A stretch of DNA of 64,000 nucleotides from Chloroflexota bacterium. Lineage in GTDB: Bacteria; Chloroflexota; Dehalococcoidia; UBA2979. The notes under the pieces are model-generated. The model was not told the origin of the DNA and searched no databases. It was given only the letters and a program-made list of their open reading frames with translations. This document shows positions 41,285 through 51,498 of the stretch, in pieces. The first letter of the stretch is position 1; every line of letters begins with the position of its first letter. The stretch is from contig PBEG01000016.1 of NCBI GenBank assembly GCA_002718395.1, positions 1,003 through 65,002 on the forward strand. The letters run 5' to 3'. The position numbers and the translations under genes are program-made.

Positions 41285-42369
41285 ATTCCCGCCTTAATTA
41301 TTTCTTGCTCTAGTTCCTCTTGTGTATTTGCAGAAAATGTCTTAAAACCTCTTTTCCTATTTATCGAATCTACCTTTTTAAAGAGTATTGCTGTTGGTTT
41401 AATATAATCACTTAAGTCTGGTACATCGCCTCCAGCCATAACATTAAGTGCCGTTTCAAGAAAGTCATATGAAAGAGCTTTTGGATAGAAGCCTTCAATA
41501 AGAAGGTCACCACCAAAATCTAAATGTATTTCGATTAAATGTAATTTCCCCTTTTGGTCTTGCCTAAAATTAATTAATAAGGGTGACCTAGATATTTTAT
41601 AGCTATCTATCAAATATTTAGCAAGTTGATGAGCTTCCTTTTGCAATTGGTTATCTTTGGAATCTGAAAATGTTTTAAAACCTTGGCCTGATATTGTCCC
41701 ATCACTAAGATTAAGCTTATTTATCTCCTCTAATAAACAAATAGGCAATAATTCACTATCGGAGACTAAACTTATTAGTGAATAATCCTTTCCTGGAAGA
41801 TACTCTTCAATAAGAATAGTTTCATCCATTGTTGCTTTCCTGGCAAGAATGATAGCTTTTTCAATATCTTCTTTTTTTTTCACCAAAGTAACGCCACTTT
41901 TACCGATTAAACTAAGAGATGGCTTTATAATTACTGGATAATCAAATACAAAGTCATTAAGTGAACTCCCTTTTTTTATGATCTTAAATTCAGGTGTGGG
42001 AATATTGTTTGGGCATGATTCCCTGAGTTTGTACTTATGAACAATTTTATCAGCACTATCTATAGGTAAAGATGGTATTTCAAAATACTCAGAAATCTTA
42101 CTTGCAACGATTACTGGTAAGCCAGAGCTTCTATTTAAAACTCCAGAAACACGATACTTCTCTTTAATCTTTGATAAATCGTAAAGCATTTCATTGAATG
42201 AATATGTGCTTTTCTGAATATAATGGTCAACGTATTTTAGCCCAATTGCTGAAGGATCTTTATCTATTGCAATTATAATATACCCGAGTTTTTTCGCTGA
42301 TAAAATTAATGGTAATTGTGATGGGCCAGCTGCAATACAGATAATTGCTTCCTGTTCAATATTTGTCAT
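41281..42369 (-). CDS. ATP-grasp domain ligase
   Basis: VIIKPSLSLIGKSGVTLV, ILIEEYLPGKDYSL, HLIEIHLDFGGD: ATP-grasp B and C subdomains. 362 aa. Confidence 0.55.
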   Translation of the reverse strand: MTNIEQEAIICIAAGPSQLPLILSAKKLGYIIIAIDKDPSAIGLKYVDHYIQKSTYSFNEMLYDLSKIKEKYRVSGVLNRSSGLPVIVASKISEYFEIPSLPIDSADKIVHKYKLRESCPNNIPTPEFKIIKKGSSLNDFVFDYPVIIKPSLSLIGKSGVTLVKKKEDIEKAIILARKATMDETILIEEYLPGKDYSLISLVSDSELLPICLLEEINKLNLSDGTISGQGFKTFSDSKDNQLQKEAHQLAKYLIDSYKISRSPLLINFRQDQKGKLHLIEIHLDFGGDLLIEGFYPKALSYDFLETALNVMAGGDVPDLSDYIKPTAILFKKVDSINRKRGFKTFSANTQEELEQEIIKAGI

Positions 42370-42385
42370 TTATGGCTCTCTTCCT

Positions 42386-43066
42386 TTAGAGATTTTGATA
42401 TATTTGTTCCGCTCTTTTCCAATCATCAAGATCATCAATATCAACAACTCTCCAGCTAGGTATCAAAATTACTGTCGCATTAAGATGATAGCCTTTTGAC
42501 TTTTCTATCCAAGTTTTTGGTTTTGCCCAATAAAATTGTCCAGCATCATGAAGTGCAACTGGCAAGTCTTGAGATCTAGATGAGTAATACTCTGGGTAAA
42601 GCATTTTTAATCCTCCGGATTCTAATTTCTCAAAGGATCTAAATATTGGATAATTGAAAGTAGTTGCTGCGAATACATTTTCCCAATCCCCATTCTTAAT
42701 CAATTCATAACCTTGAAGAATATCTTTTGATTGTACTAGGGGTGATGTGGGATAAATGGAACAAACATAATCTAAATCGTACCCAATTCTTATTAACTCA
42801 CTTACGGCATGACCAATAACCTCATGAGTTCCAGTAAAGTCATCCGAAATTTCAGATGGTCTCATGAATGGTACCTCGGCACCATATTTCATCGAAATCT
42901 CTGCTATTTCTTCATCATCTGTAGAAACAATAATCTTATCGAATATACTTAGAGCCCTAGCCACCTCTATCGAATAAGCAATTATTGGCTTTCCCAAAAA
43001 ATTCTTTATATTTTTCCTTGGAATTCTCTTGCTTCCACCTCTAGCAGGGATAATTGCTATATTCAC
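42386..43066 (-). CDS. pseF: acylneuraminate/pseudaminate cytidylyltransferase (CMP-NeuAc synthetase family)
   Basis: IAIIPARGGSKRIPRKN N-terminal signature. 226 aa. Translationally coupled to pseC. Confidence 0.8.
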   Translation of the reverse strand: MNIAIIPARGGSKRIPRKNIKNFLGKPIIAYSIEVARALSIFDKIIVSTDDEEIAEISMKYGAEVPFMRPSEISDDFTGTHEVIGHAVSELIRIGYDLDYVCSIYPTSPLVQSKDILQGYELIKNGDWENVFAATTFNYPIFRSFEKLESGGLKMLYPEYYSSRSQDLPVALHDAGQFYWAKPKTWIEKSKGYHLNATVILIPSWRVVDIDDLDDWKRAEQIYQNL

Positions 43067-44238
43067 AATAATTCTCTTAAAGCCTCAATAACAAATTTCT
43101 GTTCATCAGATGTCATAGTTGGGAACAAAGGAAGCGTTATTACTCTTTGACTATAATCTTCTGCATTCAAACAATACCCCTCCTTAAAACCTAAATCTTT
43201 ATAGAAAGGATGAAGGTGAACTGGCATGTAATGTATATTTACGCCAATACCTCGATCTCTCAATAAGTTGAATAATTCTTCTCTCGATTTATTGGCCTCA
43301 TTCTGATCGACTAGCACAACATATAGATGAAATGCAGATAAATTTTCTCTTCTTACAAATGGTAACTGTAAGGGGAGATCTGATAATTGATTATTATATT
43401 GTTGAGCAAGGAAGTTTCTTTTTTGAACATAATCATCCACTCTTTTCAGCTGACTAAGCCCCAGTGCTGCGTTTAGGTCTGGCATTCTATAATTGAAGCC
43501 CAAAACATGTTGTTCGTAAGACCAAATTGGAGAGTTTGTTTGTAACATTCTATTCTTGTCTCTTGTTATCCCATGAGACCTATATAGTTCCATCTTATCT
43601 CTCAATTTTTTATCATTTGTCAGACCGATACCGCCTTCTGCGGTGGTAATAATTTTTACTGGATGGAAACTAAATATAGTGATATCAGACCAAAGACAAT
43701 TACCAATCTTTTGACCATTCCTACTTGCACCTATGGCATGTGCAGCATCTTCAATGATCTTGATTTCATATTTTTCTGTAAGCTCTCTTATTATCTCTTG
43801 ATCACAAGGCTGCCCTGCAAATGCAACTGTTACAAGAATCTTTGGTAATATCTTTTTCTTTTCAGCAATTTTAAGTCTTCTTTTTAATTGCTCAATATCA
43901 ATATTATATGTGCTCTTATCAATATCTATGAAATCAACTTTAGCGCCACAATATAAAGCACAATTTGCAGAGGCAACAAAGGTATTTGGAACTGTCCATA
44001 GTATATCTTCTGGGCCCAGGTTGAGAGCTAAACATGCCAGATGTAATGAGCTTGTAGCTGAGTTAGATGCAACCGCATATTTAGCATCTACATATTCTGC
44101 TACGCTATCTTCAAAGCTCCCCACTATTGGTCCCTGAGTAATGAAATCAGACTTCAAGACATCTATAACAGATTTAATATCATCTTCAGTTATATCCTGC
44201 CTTCCGTAAGGTATTGGTTGGTGTTTTCTTTTATTCAT
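43063..44238 (-). CDS. pseC: DegT/DnrJ/EryC1-family PLP aminotransferase (UDP-4-keto-6-deoxy-HexNAc 4-aminotransferase)
   Basis: AAT fold type I. Conserved Lys region (FSFHPVKIITTAEGG). Adjacent to pseB. Confidence 0.8.
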   Translation of the reverse strand: MNKRKHQPIPYGRQDITEDDIKSVIDVLKSDFITQGPIVGSFEDSVAEYVDAKYAVASNSATSSLHLACLALNLGPEDILWTVPNTFVASANCALYCGAKVDFIDIDKSTYNIDIEQLKRRLKIAEKKKILPKILVTVAFAGQPCDQEIIRELTEKYEIKIIEDAAHAIGASRNGQKIGNCLWSDITIFSFHPVKIITTAEGGIGLTNDKKLRDKMELYRSHGITRDKNRMLQTNSPIWSYEQHVLGFNYRMPDLNAALGLSQLKRVDDYVQKRNFLAQQYNNQLSDLPLQLPFVRRENLSAFHLYVVLVDQNEANKSREELFNLLRDRGIGVNIHYMPVHLHPFYKDLGFKEGYCLNAEDYSQRVITLPLFPTMTSDEQKFVIEALRELL

Positions 44239-44283
44239 AAAATGATTGGCTATCTAACCAGTCTTTACTCTTATATGGAAATA

Positions 44284-45285
44284 CTAGATTTTTCCTATCT
44301 TATCTTTATTCTTTTTTATCCAATCTCTTAATTGATCTACCTTCATCCAGTCTTTGTTTGAATCGGATGTATAGACAAAATCTTTATTTACTTTTTTTCC
44401 ACCTTTAGTATTAGGGGCATCTCCACCCCATTTCCCTATTGAAGGAAGAATCTTATAATAGTCAGTAAACTCATATGTATGATCAGAATCTTCAAATCCA
44501 ATCATCTGCTCATGAACTTTCTCACCAGGTCTTATGCCAATTATCTTGTGAGGAAGTCCAGGTGCAATTGCCTCAGCAATTTCAGTTACCTTCATCGAAG
44601 GTATTTTTTTAACAAATATTTCTCCTCCTGCCATTTCGTCAAATGCTTTCCAAACTAAGTCCACTCCTTGCTCAAGAGTGATCATAAATCGAGTCATTCT
44701 TATATCAGTTATTGGTATTTCCTCTGAAGACTCTGCTAGATTCATGAAGAATGGAATGATAGAACCTCTTGATCCAAGTACATTCCCATATCTCACAACT
44801 CCAAATCTTGTATTATTCGCACCTGCATAATTGTTGCCTGCAATAAATAATTTATCTGATGCTAGCTTTGTCGCTCCATAAAGATTTACAGGATTGCTAG
44901 CCTTATCTGTCGAAAGTGCTACGACTCTTTTAACCTTCTTATCAATGGCTGCATCGATTAAATTCATTGCACCATGAATATTGGTTTTCACACATTCAAA
45001 TGGATTATATTCTGCAGTTGGAACAATCTTTGTAGCAGCCGCATGAACCACGAAATCTATATCGTCGAGTGCTCTGCTGAGTCTCTCTTTATCTCTAACG
45101 TCTCCAATGAAGAATCTAACTCTTTTATCATCTTGATATAACTTTGCCATTTCCCATTGCTTCATTTCATCTCGTGAATATATAACTAAGCGTGATGGAT
45201 TATATTTCTGGAGTGTCATTGGAACAAATGTATGTCCAAATGAACCTGTTCCACCTGTTATAAGGATATTTGAATTTTCTAACAT
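44284..45285 (-). CDS. pseB: UDP-N-acetylglucosamine 4,6-dehydratase (inverting), PseB/FlaA1 family
   Basis: ILITGGTGSFG, YSRDEMKQWEMA, GATKLASDKLF match PseB. 333 aa. Confidence 0.85.
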   Translation of the reverse strand: MLENSNILITGGTGSFGHTFVPMTLQKYNPSRLVIYSRDEMKQWEMAKLYQDDKRVRFFIGDVRDKERLSRALDDIDFVVHAAATKIVPTAEYNPFECVKTNIHGAMNLIDAAIDKKVKRVVALSTDKASNPVNLYGATKLASDKLFIAGNNYAGANNTRFGVVRYGNVLGSRGSIIPFFMNLAESSEEIPITDIRMTRFMITLEQGVDLVWKAFDEMAGGEIFVKKIPSMKVTEIAEAIAPGLPHKIIGIRPGEKVHEQMIGFEDSDHTYEFTDYYKILPSIGKWGGDAPNTKGGKKVNKDFVYTSDSNKDWMKVDQLRDWIKKNKDKIGKI

Positions 45286-45295
45286 ACTATATTCC

Positions 45296-47107
45296 TCAAT
45301 TAATAATTGTTGCCATTTCTAAAAATTCTTTATTGTTTTCTAGTAAGTATTCATAATTGCCACTATCAACTACATGTCCATTATCAATAAGATAAAGTTT
45401 GTCACATTTTTGAACGGTGCTTAGTCTATGGGCAACTATTATTATTGTCTTTGTCTTCGCAAAATTATTTATAGCATCCATAACTAGTGCTTCAGTAACA
45501 TTATCAAGGGAGCTAGTTGCCTCATCAAAAATCAAAATCTCACTCTCTCTGTATAGGGCTCTTGCTATACCAATTCTTTGTCTTTGCCCACCAGATAGCT
45601 GCATTCCATTTTGACCAACCTGAGTATCTAACCCATCTGGCAAAGTTGAAATAAACTCATCCAAATTCGCCAACATAACTGAATTTTGAATTTTAGATTT
45701 ATTTATCTCATTCATTGATTTCCCAAAGGCTATATTCTCTTTGATTGAAGCATCAGATAAAAATATAGATTGGGGGACAAAACCAATCTTTTCCTGCATC
45801 AGGCTAATATTATTTTTATGAATTACAAATTCTCCATCAATTACAATTTCACCACTATCTGGCGTTATAAGGCCTAATATAATGTCGATTATTGTTGATT
45901 TTCCTGAGCCTGATGAACCTACTATTCCAATTGTTTTATTAACTGGAATCTCAATATTGAGATTATTAAGTGCTGAATTTAATTTACCTGGATATGAAAA
46001 ACTTATATCCCTTAACTCGATTGTTTGTCCAATTTTAAATTGATCAAAATTATATTCATTTTCTTTTTCAATTAGTAACTTTTCATTTTGGCTATTCTTA
46101 AAATCTTCTCTGATACTATCAAATGCTGATAAATTACCTTGAATCGTTGAAATGCTAGCATAGACTTGTTGAAAAGCAGGTAGCAGCTTAACTCCTGCTA
46201 ATGCATAAACAGATAAAACGGGTACAACTCCACTAAGAGATCCGTCATGAGACCTGATTAGGTAAAGTATAAAAATTATAATTGAGCTAAATGCAATCAG
46301 TTCCATAAAGTATCTAGGAATCTGAGACAGCGCAACAATTGAACCTTGCCCTCTCGCAAACACTCTTCCAGATCTTTTGAATCTTTTCATATATTTCTCT
46401 TGAATACGAAGAAATAATACATCTCTAATTCCACCTAAGCCCTCAGAAAGCTCTTTGTATCTTTCCGTATGAGAATTTGAAACATCCTTACTATTTTTAG
46501 AGAGCCTGGATCTAATCATTTGATATATAGAAAGATATGCAATGCCAAAGATTAATAGTGCAATTATAGCAACATATGGATCATAAATTACCATGCTCGT
46601 TATTATGAATATTGCTGTAAATATCCTTGCATTAAGCATGATAAGAGGATTAATAATCCCAGACTTTACTCTATTGGTTTCGGCAGTTATTTGTTTAATT
46701 AGATTAGCGCTGTTTTCTTTAGAGTGAAAAAGCCAGTTTTTATTTAGATAATAATTAAATAGTGTATTTTGAATGCTCACTCCCAGTTCTTGGCCAAATA
46801 GTGATAGAACCCATATTGTATATGTAGAAATCATTGTTCCAATAGCCAAGATACTTATAACTATTCCCCCTAGGAATAATACAAACTCACTTGTATCCCC
46901 TGATCCAGACCATTCATATACGTTAGCTAAAATATTTTCACCATATAAAGTTCCAGGATCAGTAACCACCAACATAAATGGTCCTATTGATGCTACCGTT
47001 ATCAACTCAAAACCAGCAGTTATGATTGCGAGAAGTTGTATCAGAAAGAATTTCTTCCTCTGGATAGATCCTAGAAGCAAAATGAGTTCAGTAACTTTTT
47101 TTATCAT
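45296..47107 (-). CDS. ABC exporter, fused permease-ATPase (MsbA/PglK/Wzk-like candidate lipid-linked-oligosaccharide flippase)
   Basis: N-terminal 6-TM domain, Walker A GIVGSSGSGKST, signature LSGGQRQRIGIARAL, Walker B ILIFDEATS. 603 aa. Confidence 0.8.
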   Translation of the reverse strand: MIKKVTELILLLGSIQRKKFFLIQLLAIITAGFELITVASIGPFMLVVTDPGTLYGENILANVYEWSGSGDTSEFVLFLGGIVISILAIGTMISTYTIWVLSLFGQELGVSIQNTLFNYYLNKNWLFHSKENSANLIKQITAETNRVKSGIINPLIMLNARIFTAIFIITSMVIYDPYVAIIALLIFGIAYLSIYQMIRSRLSKNSKDVSNSHTERYKELSEGLGGIRDVLFLRIQEKYMKRFKRSGRVFARGQGSIVALSQIPRYFMELIAFSSIIIFILYLIRSHDGSLSGVVPVLSVYALAGVKLLPAFQQVYASISTIQGNLSAFDSIREDFKNSQNEKLLIEKENEYNFDQFKIGQTIELRDISFSYPGKLNSALNNLNIEIPVNKTIGIVGSSGSGKSTIIDIILGLITPDSGEIVIDGEFVIHKNNISLMQEKIGFVPQSIFLSDASIKENIAFGKSMNEINKSKIQNSVMLANLDEFISTLPDGLDTQVGQNGMQLSGGQRQRIGIARALYRESEILIFDEATSSLDNVTEALVMDAINNFAKTKTIIIVAHRLSTVQKCDKLYLIDNGHVVDSGNYEYLLENNKEFLEMATIIN

Positions 47108-47661
47108 CTTTTTTTATTGAAAATTTCAGCCTTGCACAATTTGATTGCTAATGTATCTCTCTCATTTAAAACGGGCTCGGACACAAAAGGCCATTTAATT
47201 GATATCTGATTATCATTCCAAATTATAACTCTCTCGTGCTCAGGAGAATAAAACTCGGTTGTTTTGTAAACTAATTCAGCACTTTCTGTGATTGTATAGA
47301 ATCCATGGGCGAATCCCTCTGGTATCCATAGCTGTTTCTTATTCTCTGAAGATAAGATTTCTCCTACCCAAGAACCAAATGTTTCTGAGTCTTCTCTTAT
47401 ATCAACTGCAACATCAAATACTGAACCATCAATAACTCGGACAAGTTTTCCTTGAGACATTGGTGGCAACTGATAATGCAAACCTCTCAAGACTCCTTTA
47501 GATGATTTGGAATGATTGTCTTGAACGAAATTTACTTCAATACCAGCAACCTCCTCAAAAACTCTTTTATTGAAACTTTCGTAAAAAAAACCTCTTTCGT
47601 CACCAAATATTTCTGGCTCAAAAAGTATAATTTCAGGAATGCTTAATAAACTGTATTTCAT
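47104..47661 (-). CDS. rmlC: dTDP-4-dehydrorhamnose 3,5-epimerase
   Basis: Cupin RmlC motifs (RGLHYQ, DIRE...GSW). 185 aa. Confidence 0.9.
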   Translation of the reverse strand: MKYSLLSIPEIILFEPEIFGDERGFFYESFNKRVFEEVAGIEVNFVQDNHSKSSKGVLRGLHYQLPPMSQGKLVRVIDGSVFDVAVDIREDSETFGSWVGEILSSENKKQLWIPEGFAHGFYTITESAELVYKTTEFYSPEHERVIIWNDNQISIKWPFVSEPVLNERDTLAIKLCKAEIFNKKR

Positions 47662-47671
47662 AATTATGATA

Positions 47672-48562
47672 TTAGTGATTTAATCCATTGTTTAGAATTT
47701 TGAGCAAATAATCACTGTATTCATTATTACTAATCTCTTCGCTCAAATGCCTTAGCTTTTTATCATCAATCCAAGAATTTACATATGCGATCTCTTCGGG
47801 ACATGCAATCTTCAAACCATCTCTATTTTCAATAGCATGCACAAACTGTTGAGCATCAAGTAAACTTTGATGAGTTCCAGTGTCGAACCATGCATCCCCC
47901 CTTTCCAAGATCTCAACCGATAATTTGTTCTCCCTTAAATAAGCAAGATTTAAATCTGTAATCTCAAGCTCCCCTCGTGAAGAGGGTTTCAATGATTTTG
48001 CAATTTCGCTGGCGTATCCATCATAAAGATATAATCCGGTAACAGCATAATTTGTCTTTGGTTTCTTTGGCTTTTCAATAATAGTTTTTGCCTTTCCTTC
48101 TTTATCAAAGGATATAACTCCATACTGTTTTGGATTTTTGACATAATAAGCAAATACGGATGCTCCATCCGTGAACGAATTTGCTCGATTAATAGCTAAT
48201 TGAATAGAATTTCCATGAAAGATATTATCTCCCAATATTAATGCTGAGGGAGAGCCAGATAAGAAATTCTCTGCAATAAGAAAGGCTTGCGCTATTCCCT
48301 CAGGCCTTTTTTGAACTTCGTATGATAGACTTATTCCCCATTGACCTCCGTCACCCAATAGGTTTTTAAAACTCTGAATGTCTCTTTCGGTTGAGATTAT
48401 CAATATTTCCCTTATTCCAGACATCATAAGCGTAGAAAGAGGGTAGTAAATCATTGGCTTGTCATACACTGGCAGAAGTTGCTTCGATATGACTTTCGTT
48501 AATGGATATAACCTAGTACCAGAACCTCCAGCTAAAATTATTCCTTTTCTATCTTTACTCAT
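47672..48562 (-). CDS. rmlA: glucose-1-phosphate thymidylyltransferase
   Basis: GIILAGGSGTRLYPLT. 296 aa. Confidence 0.9.
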   Translation of the reverse strand: MSKDRKGIILAGGSGTRLYPLTKVISKQLLPVYDKPMIYYPLSTLMMSGIREILIISTERDIQSFKNLLGDGGQWGISLSYEVQKRPEGIAQAFLIAENFLSGSPSALILGDNIFHGNSIQLAINRANSFTDGASVFAYYVKNPKQYGVISFDKEGKAKTIIEKPKKPKTNYAVTGLYLYDGYASEIAKSLKPSSRGELEITDLNLAYLRENKLSVEILERGDAWFDTGTHQSLLDAQQFVHAIENRDGLKIACPEEIAYVNSWIDDKKLRHLSEEISNNEYSDYLLKILNNGLNH

Positions 48563-49479
48563 TCTGTATTAGCAACTATTTTCTCTAATAGATCATTAGA
48601 ATAGTGCTCCCAATTTAAAATATCAGTTCCAAATGTTTCAATAATCTTTGCTGTGCTTAATTTTGAATTCTTTGGCCTTTTAGCCGGAAGAAGATACTCA
48701 TCCGATGAGATTTGATTGATTGAATTTGTTTTCATATCTTTGTAACCCAAGCTTTTAAGTCTCTCAAAGATTGAAACTGCAAAACCATGCCAACTAGTCT
48801 CACCTTTAGCCGTCATATTGTATATTCCAATAACCTCATTTAATGAAGTATCTTGGTAAAATATTTTTTTCAAGCAATTTAGAGTTAATTCAGAAATTAA
48901 ATTAGAGCTTGTAGGAGTACCTATCTGGTCGTCCACTACATTGATGAATTCTTTTGTCCTGAAAGCGTTAATCATTGTTAGTAGAAAATTTTTCCTTCTT
49001 TCTGAATATACCCAACAAGTTCTAAATATGAGGTACTTACAACCACTTCTAATTATACTCTCCTCTCCAAGTAATTTAGATTTGCCATAAACTGATAAGG
49101 GATTTACTCTACTTTCCTCTGTATAGCTTCCTCCGAAATAACCATCAAAAACATAATCAGTTGAATAATGAAGCAATAAGGCATCCTTCAGTTTTGCCAT
49201 CTCTGCAAGGTGTTGAACGAGATCTGCATTTACCCTAAAAGCCTCATTGGAATCACTTTCTGCTTTGTCAACATCTGTATAAGCTATTGCATTTATGATT
49301 ACATCTGGAGAAAACTTTTCAATGATTGAATCTAGTCTTTCAAAATCTTGAAGATTAATATCTGATCTATTAACTAGCTTTAGATTAAAAAAAGGTTTTA
49401 ATGAATTGTTTAGCTCAAAACCTACCTGACCAGAAGAGCCTAATAATAAAACTTTTATGAGTAATTCTTTTTTATCCAT
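48559..49479 (-). CDS. rmlD: dTDP-4-dehydrorhamnose reductase
   Basis: VLLLGSSGQVG, RmlD fold. 306 aa. Overlaps the rmlB end by 25 bp. Confidence 0.85.
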   Translation of the reverse strand: MDKKELLIKVLLLGSSGQVGFELNNSLKPFFNLKLVNRSDINLQDFERLDSIIEKFSPDVIINAIAYTDVDKAESDSNEAFRVNADLVQHLAEMAKLKDALLLHYSTDYVFDGYFGGSYTEESRVNPLSVYGKSKLLGEESIIRSGCKYLIFRTCWVYSERRKNFLLTMINAFRTKEFINVVDDQIGTPTSSNLISELTLNCLKKIFYQDTSLNEVIGIYNMTAKGETSWHGFAVSIFERLKSLGYKDMKTNSINQISSDEYLLPAKRPKNSKLSTAKIIETFGTDILNWEHYSNDLLEKIVANTE

Positions 49480-50507
49480 TCTCTATAGGCGCCGCCAATA
49501 ATGTTATCAGTCCATTCTTGATTCTCAAGATACCAAATCACAGTCTTTCGAATTCCAGATTCAAATGATTCATAAGGCATCCATCCAAGCTCTTTATTAA
49601 TTTTATCGCAATCTATTGCATATCTTCTGTCATGGCCTGGCCTATCTTTTGTAAAATTTATTTGAGACTTATATGATTGATTACTTGGTCGGATTTCATC
49701 AAGAATCTCACAAATATCTTCAGCAAGTTGAAGGTTGGTAATCTGATTAAGGCCACCAATATTATAAACATCGCCCGGAAGTCCATTTTTTAGAACTCTA
49801 TTTAGTGCATCACAATGGTCCGTGACGTATAGCCAATCTCTTATTTGCTGGCCATCACCATATATTGGTATTTCCTCGCCCTTTATTGCTCTCAGTATTG
49901 TGAGGGGTATAAATTTTTCAGGGAATTGGTAGGGACCATAATTATTTGAGCAATTAGTGATGATAGTTGGTAATTCATAAGTTCTGTTGTAAGCCCTAAC
50001 TAAAAAATCAGATGAAGCCTTGCTAGCAGAATACGGGCTATTTGGCTTATATCTAGTCTTTTCATTAAAAGCAGGTCCTGAAGGTGATGCTGATCCGAAC
50101 ACTTCATCTGTAGAAACATGCAAAAACCTGAATTTAGGTCTTCCATTTTCGCGTAGGTGACTAAAATACTCTCTCGTACACTCAAGAAGGTTAAATGTTC
50201 CAACGATGTTTGTTTGTATGAATCCTGAGGGCTCATGAATTGATCGATCTACATGTGATTCAGCAGCAAAATTGATAATCGCCCTTGGTTCATATGTCTT
50301 TAAGATTTTATTAACCAAATTTCTGTCACCAATATCGCCATGAAAGAATTGATAGTTTTTACTATCTTCTATAGAGGAGAGATTTTCAGGATTTCCTGCA
50401 TATGTAAGAAGGTCAAGATTAATAACCGTTTCTTGAGTATCTTCTAAAAAATTAATGATGTAGTTACTGCCTATAAATCCAGCACCACCAGTAACAAGAA
50501 TTGCCAT
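49455..50507 (-). CDS. rmlB: dTDP-glucose 4,6-dehydratase
   Basis: ILVTGGAGFIGSN, YSASKASSD. 350 aa. rmlBDAC order as in enterobacteria. Confidence 0.9.
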   Translation of the reverse strand: MAILVTGGAGFIGSNYIINFLEDTQETVINLDLLTYAGNPENLSSIEDSKNYQFFHGDIGDRNLVNKILKTYEPRAIINFAAESHVDRSIHEPSGFIQTNIVGTFNLLECTREYFSHLRENGRPKFRFLHVSTDEVFGSASPSGPAFNEKTRYKPNSPYSASKASSDFLVRAYNRTYELPTIITNCSNNYGPYQFPEKFIPLTILRAIKGEEIPIYGDGQQIRDWLYVTDHCDALNRVLKNGLPGDVYNIGGLNQITNLQLAEDICEILDEIRPSNQSYKSQINFTKDRPGHDRRYAIDCDKINKELGWMPYESFESGIRKTVIWYLENQEWTDNIIGGAYREWIKKNYS

Positions 50508-50565
50508 AATTATATTTTTTCTAACAAACCTTTATTTTATGAATTTTCCTGAGTTAGGTTGCTGA

Positions 50566-51498
50566 TTAATTATGTTCAGAGACCAATGCGTAATGTCTAA
50601 AAACTATCACTAAGATTCCTAGTATTGTTCCCAGAATTGTCCCCAAGATACAAATCATAGGCCTATTTGGATAATTTTTTGCTTCAGGGATCAGTGGTGG
50701 CTCAATCATTTGCAATACATATTCGCTGCTGATTCTTGCCATCATCTGAGTTTTTAGTTGAGCTTCAATTAGATCATTCATAGAGTTTCTAAGCTCAACA
50801 AGCCTTGTATTTTCCATTTCAGATTTGAGGAAATCTAGAGCATCTGAGGACTCTTGCAAATCTTTTTCTTGTAGCAACGAGTTAACTCCATTGATAATTA
50901 ACATTAAGAAGTCTTTAGCAAAAACTGGTGATATATGTTCTACAGATATGCTGATATATCCGTTGATTGGACTTTGATTTGCAGAAACTATGCCCATATA
51001 TCTTGGATATACTTCTTGAACAGATGGTATCTGAGATGTTGGAGGATTAACTCTTCTTATCCATTTGTCCAGTTTATAATCATATTTACTTGCATCAAAC
51101 CTAATTAAACCGGTTTCTGGATCATATGATTTAGCTGCCATAATTGATGGTAAAACTGCTCCCTCGGATTCAATAAGACTCTGCAAGAAAGCCTTTGATT
51201 GAATATGTGCCAGTATAAGATGACCCTTCTCCTCCCTACCAGATGCTGGCAGTGAAATACCAGCTAAAGAGGCGATACTACCTAACCCACCACTATTAAA
51301 TGACTGGCTTGATTCAGAAACAACATTAAGCAATGATGATGATTTATATGTATTAGTAAGCGATAGTGAATAAAGAACAGATATTACAGCAGATATCGCT
51401 GCGACAGTGATAATAAAAGATTTACCGTCCCATAAAACAGAAAAGAACTCTTTCAGATCAACTTCATAATCCCTGTTAATTTTATTTGATTCTTTCAT
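50566..51498 (-). CDS. wzz: polysaccharide co-polymerase (Wzz-type chain-length determinant, no kinase domain)
   Basis: Two TM helices (residues ~25-45 and C-terminal ICILGTILGTILGILVIVF) flanking a periplasmic coiled region. 310 aa. Confidence 0.7.
   Translation of the reverse strand: MKESNKINRDYEVDLKEFFSVLWDGKSFIITVAAISAVISVLYSLSLTNTYKSSSLLNVVSESSQSFNSGGLGSIASLAGISLPASGREEKGHLILAHIQSKAFLQSLIESEGAVLPSIMAAKSYDPETGLIRFDASKYDYKLDKWIRRVNPPTSQIPSVQEVYPRYMGIVSANQSPINGYISISVEHISPVFAKDFLMLIINGVNSLLQEKDLQESSDALDFLKSEMENTRLVELRNSMNDLIEAQLKTQMMARISSEYVLQMIEPPLIPEAKNYPNRPMICILGTILGTILGILVIVFRHYALVSEHN

Noticed and set aside
50000-50236. 78-aa minus-strand ORF
   Set aside because: Alternative frame inside rmlB.
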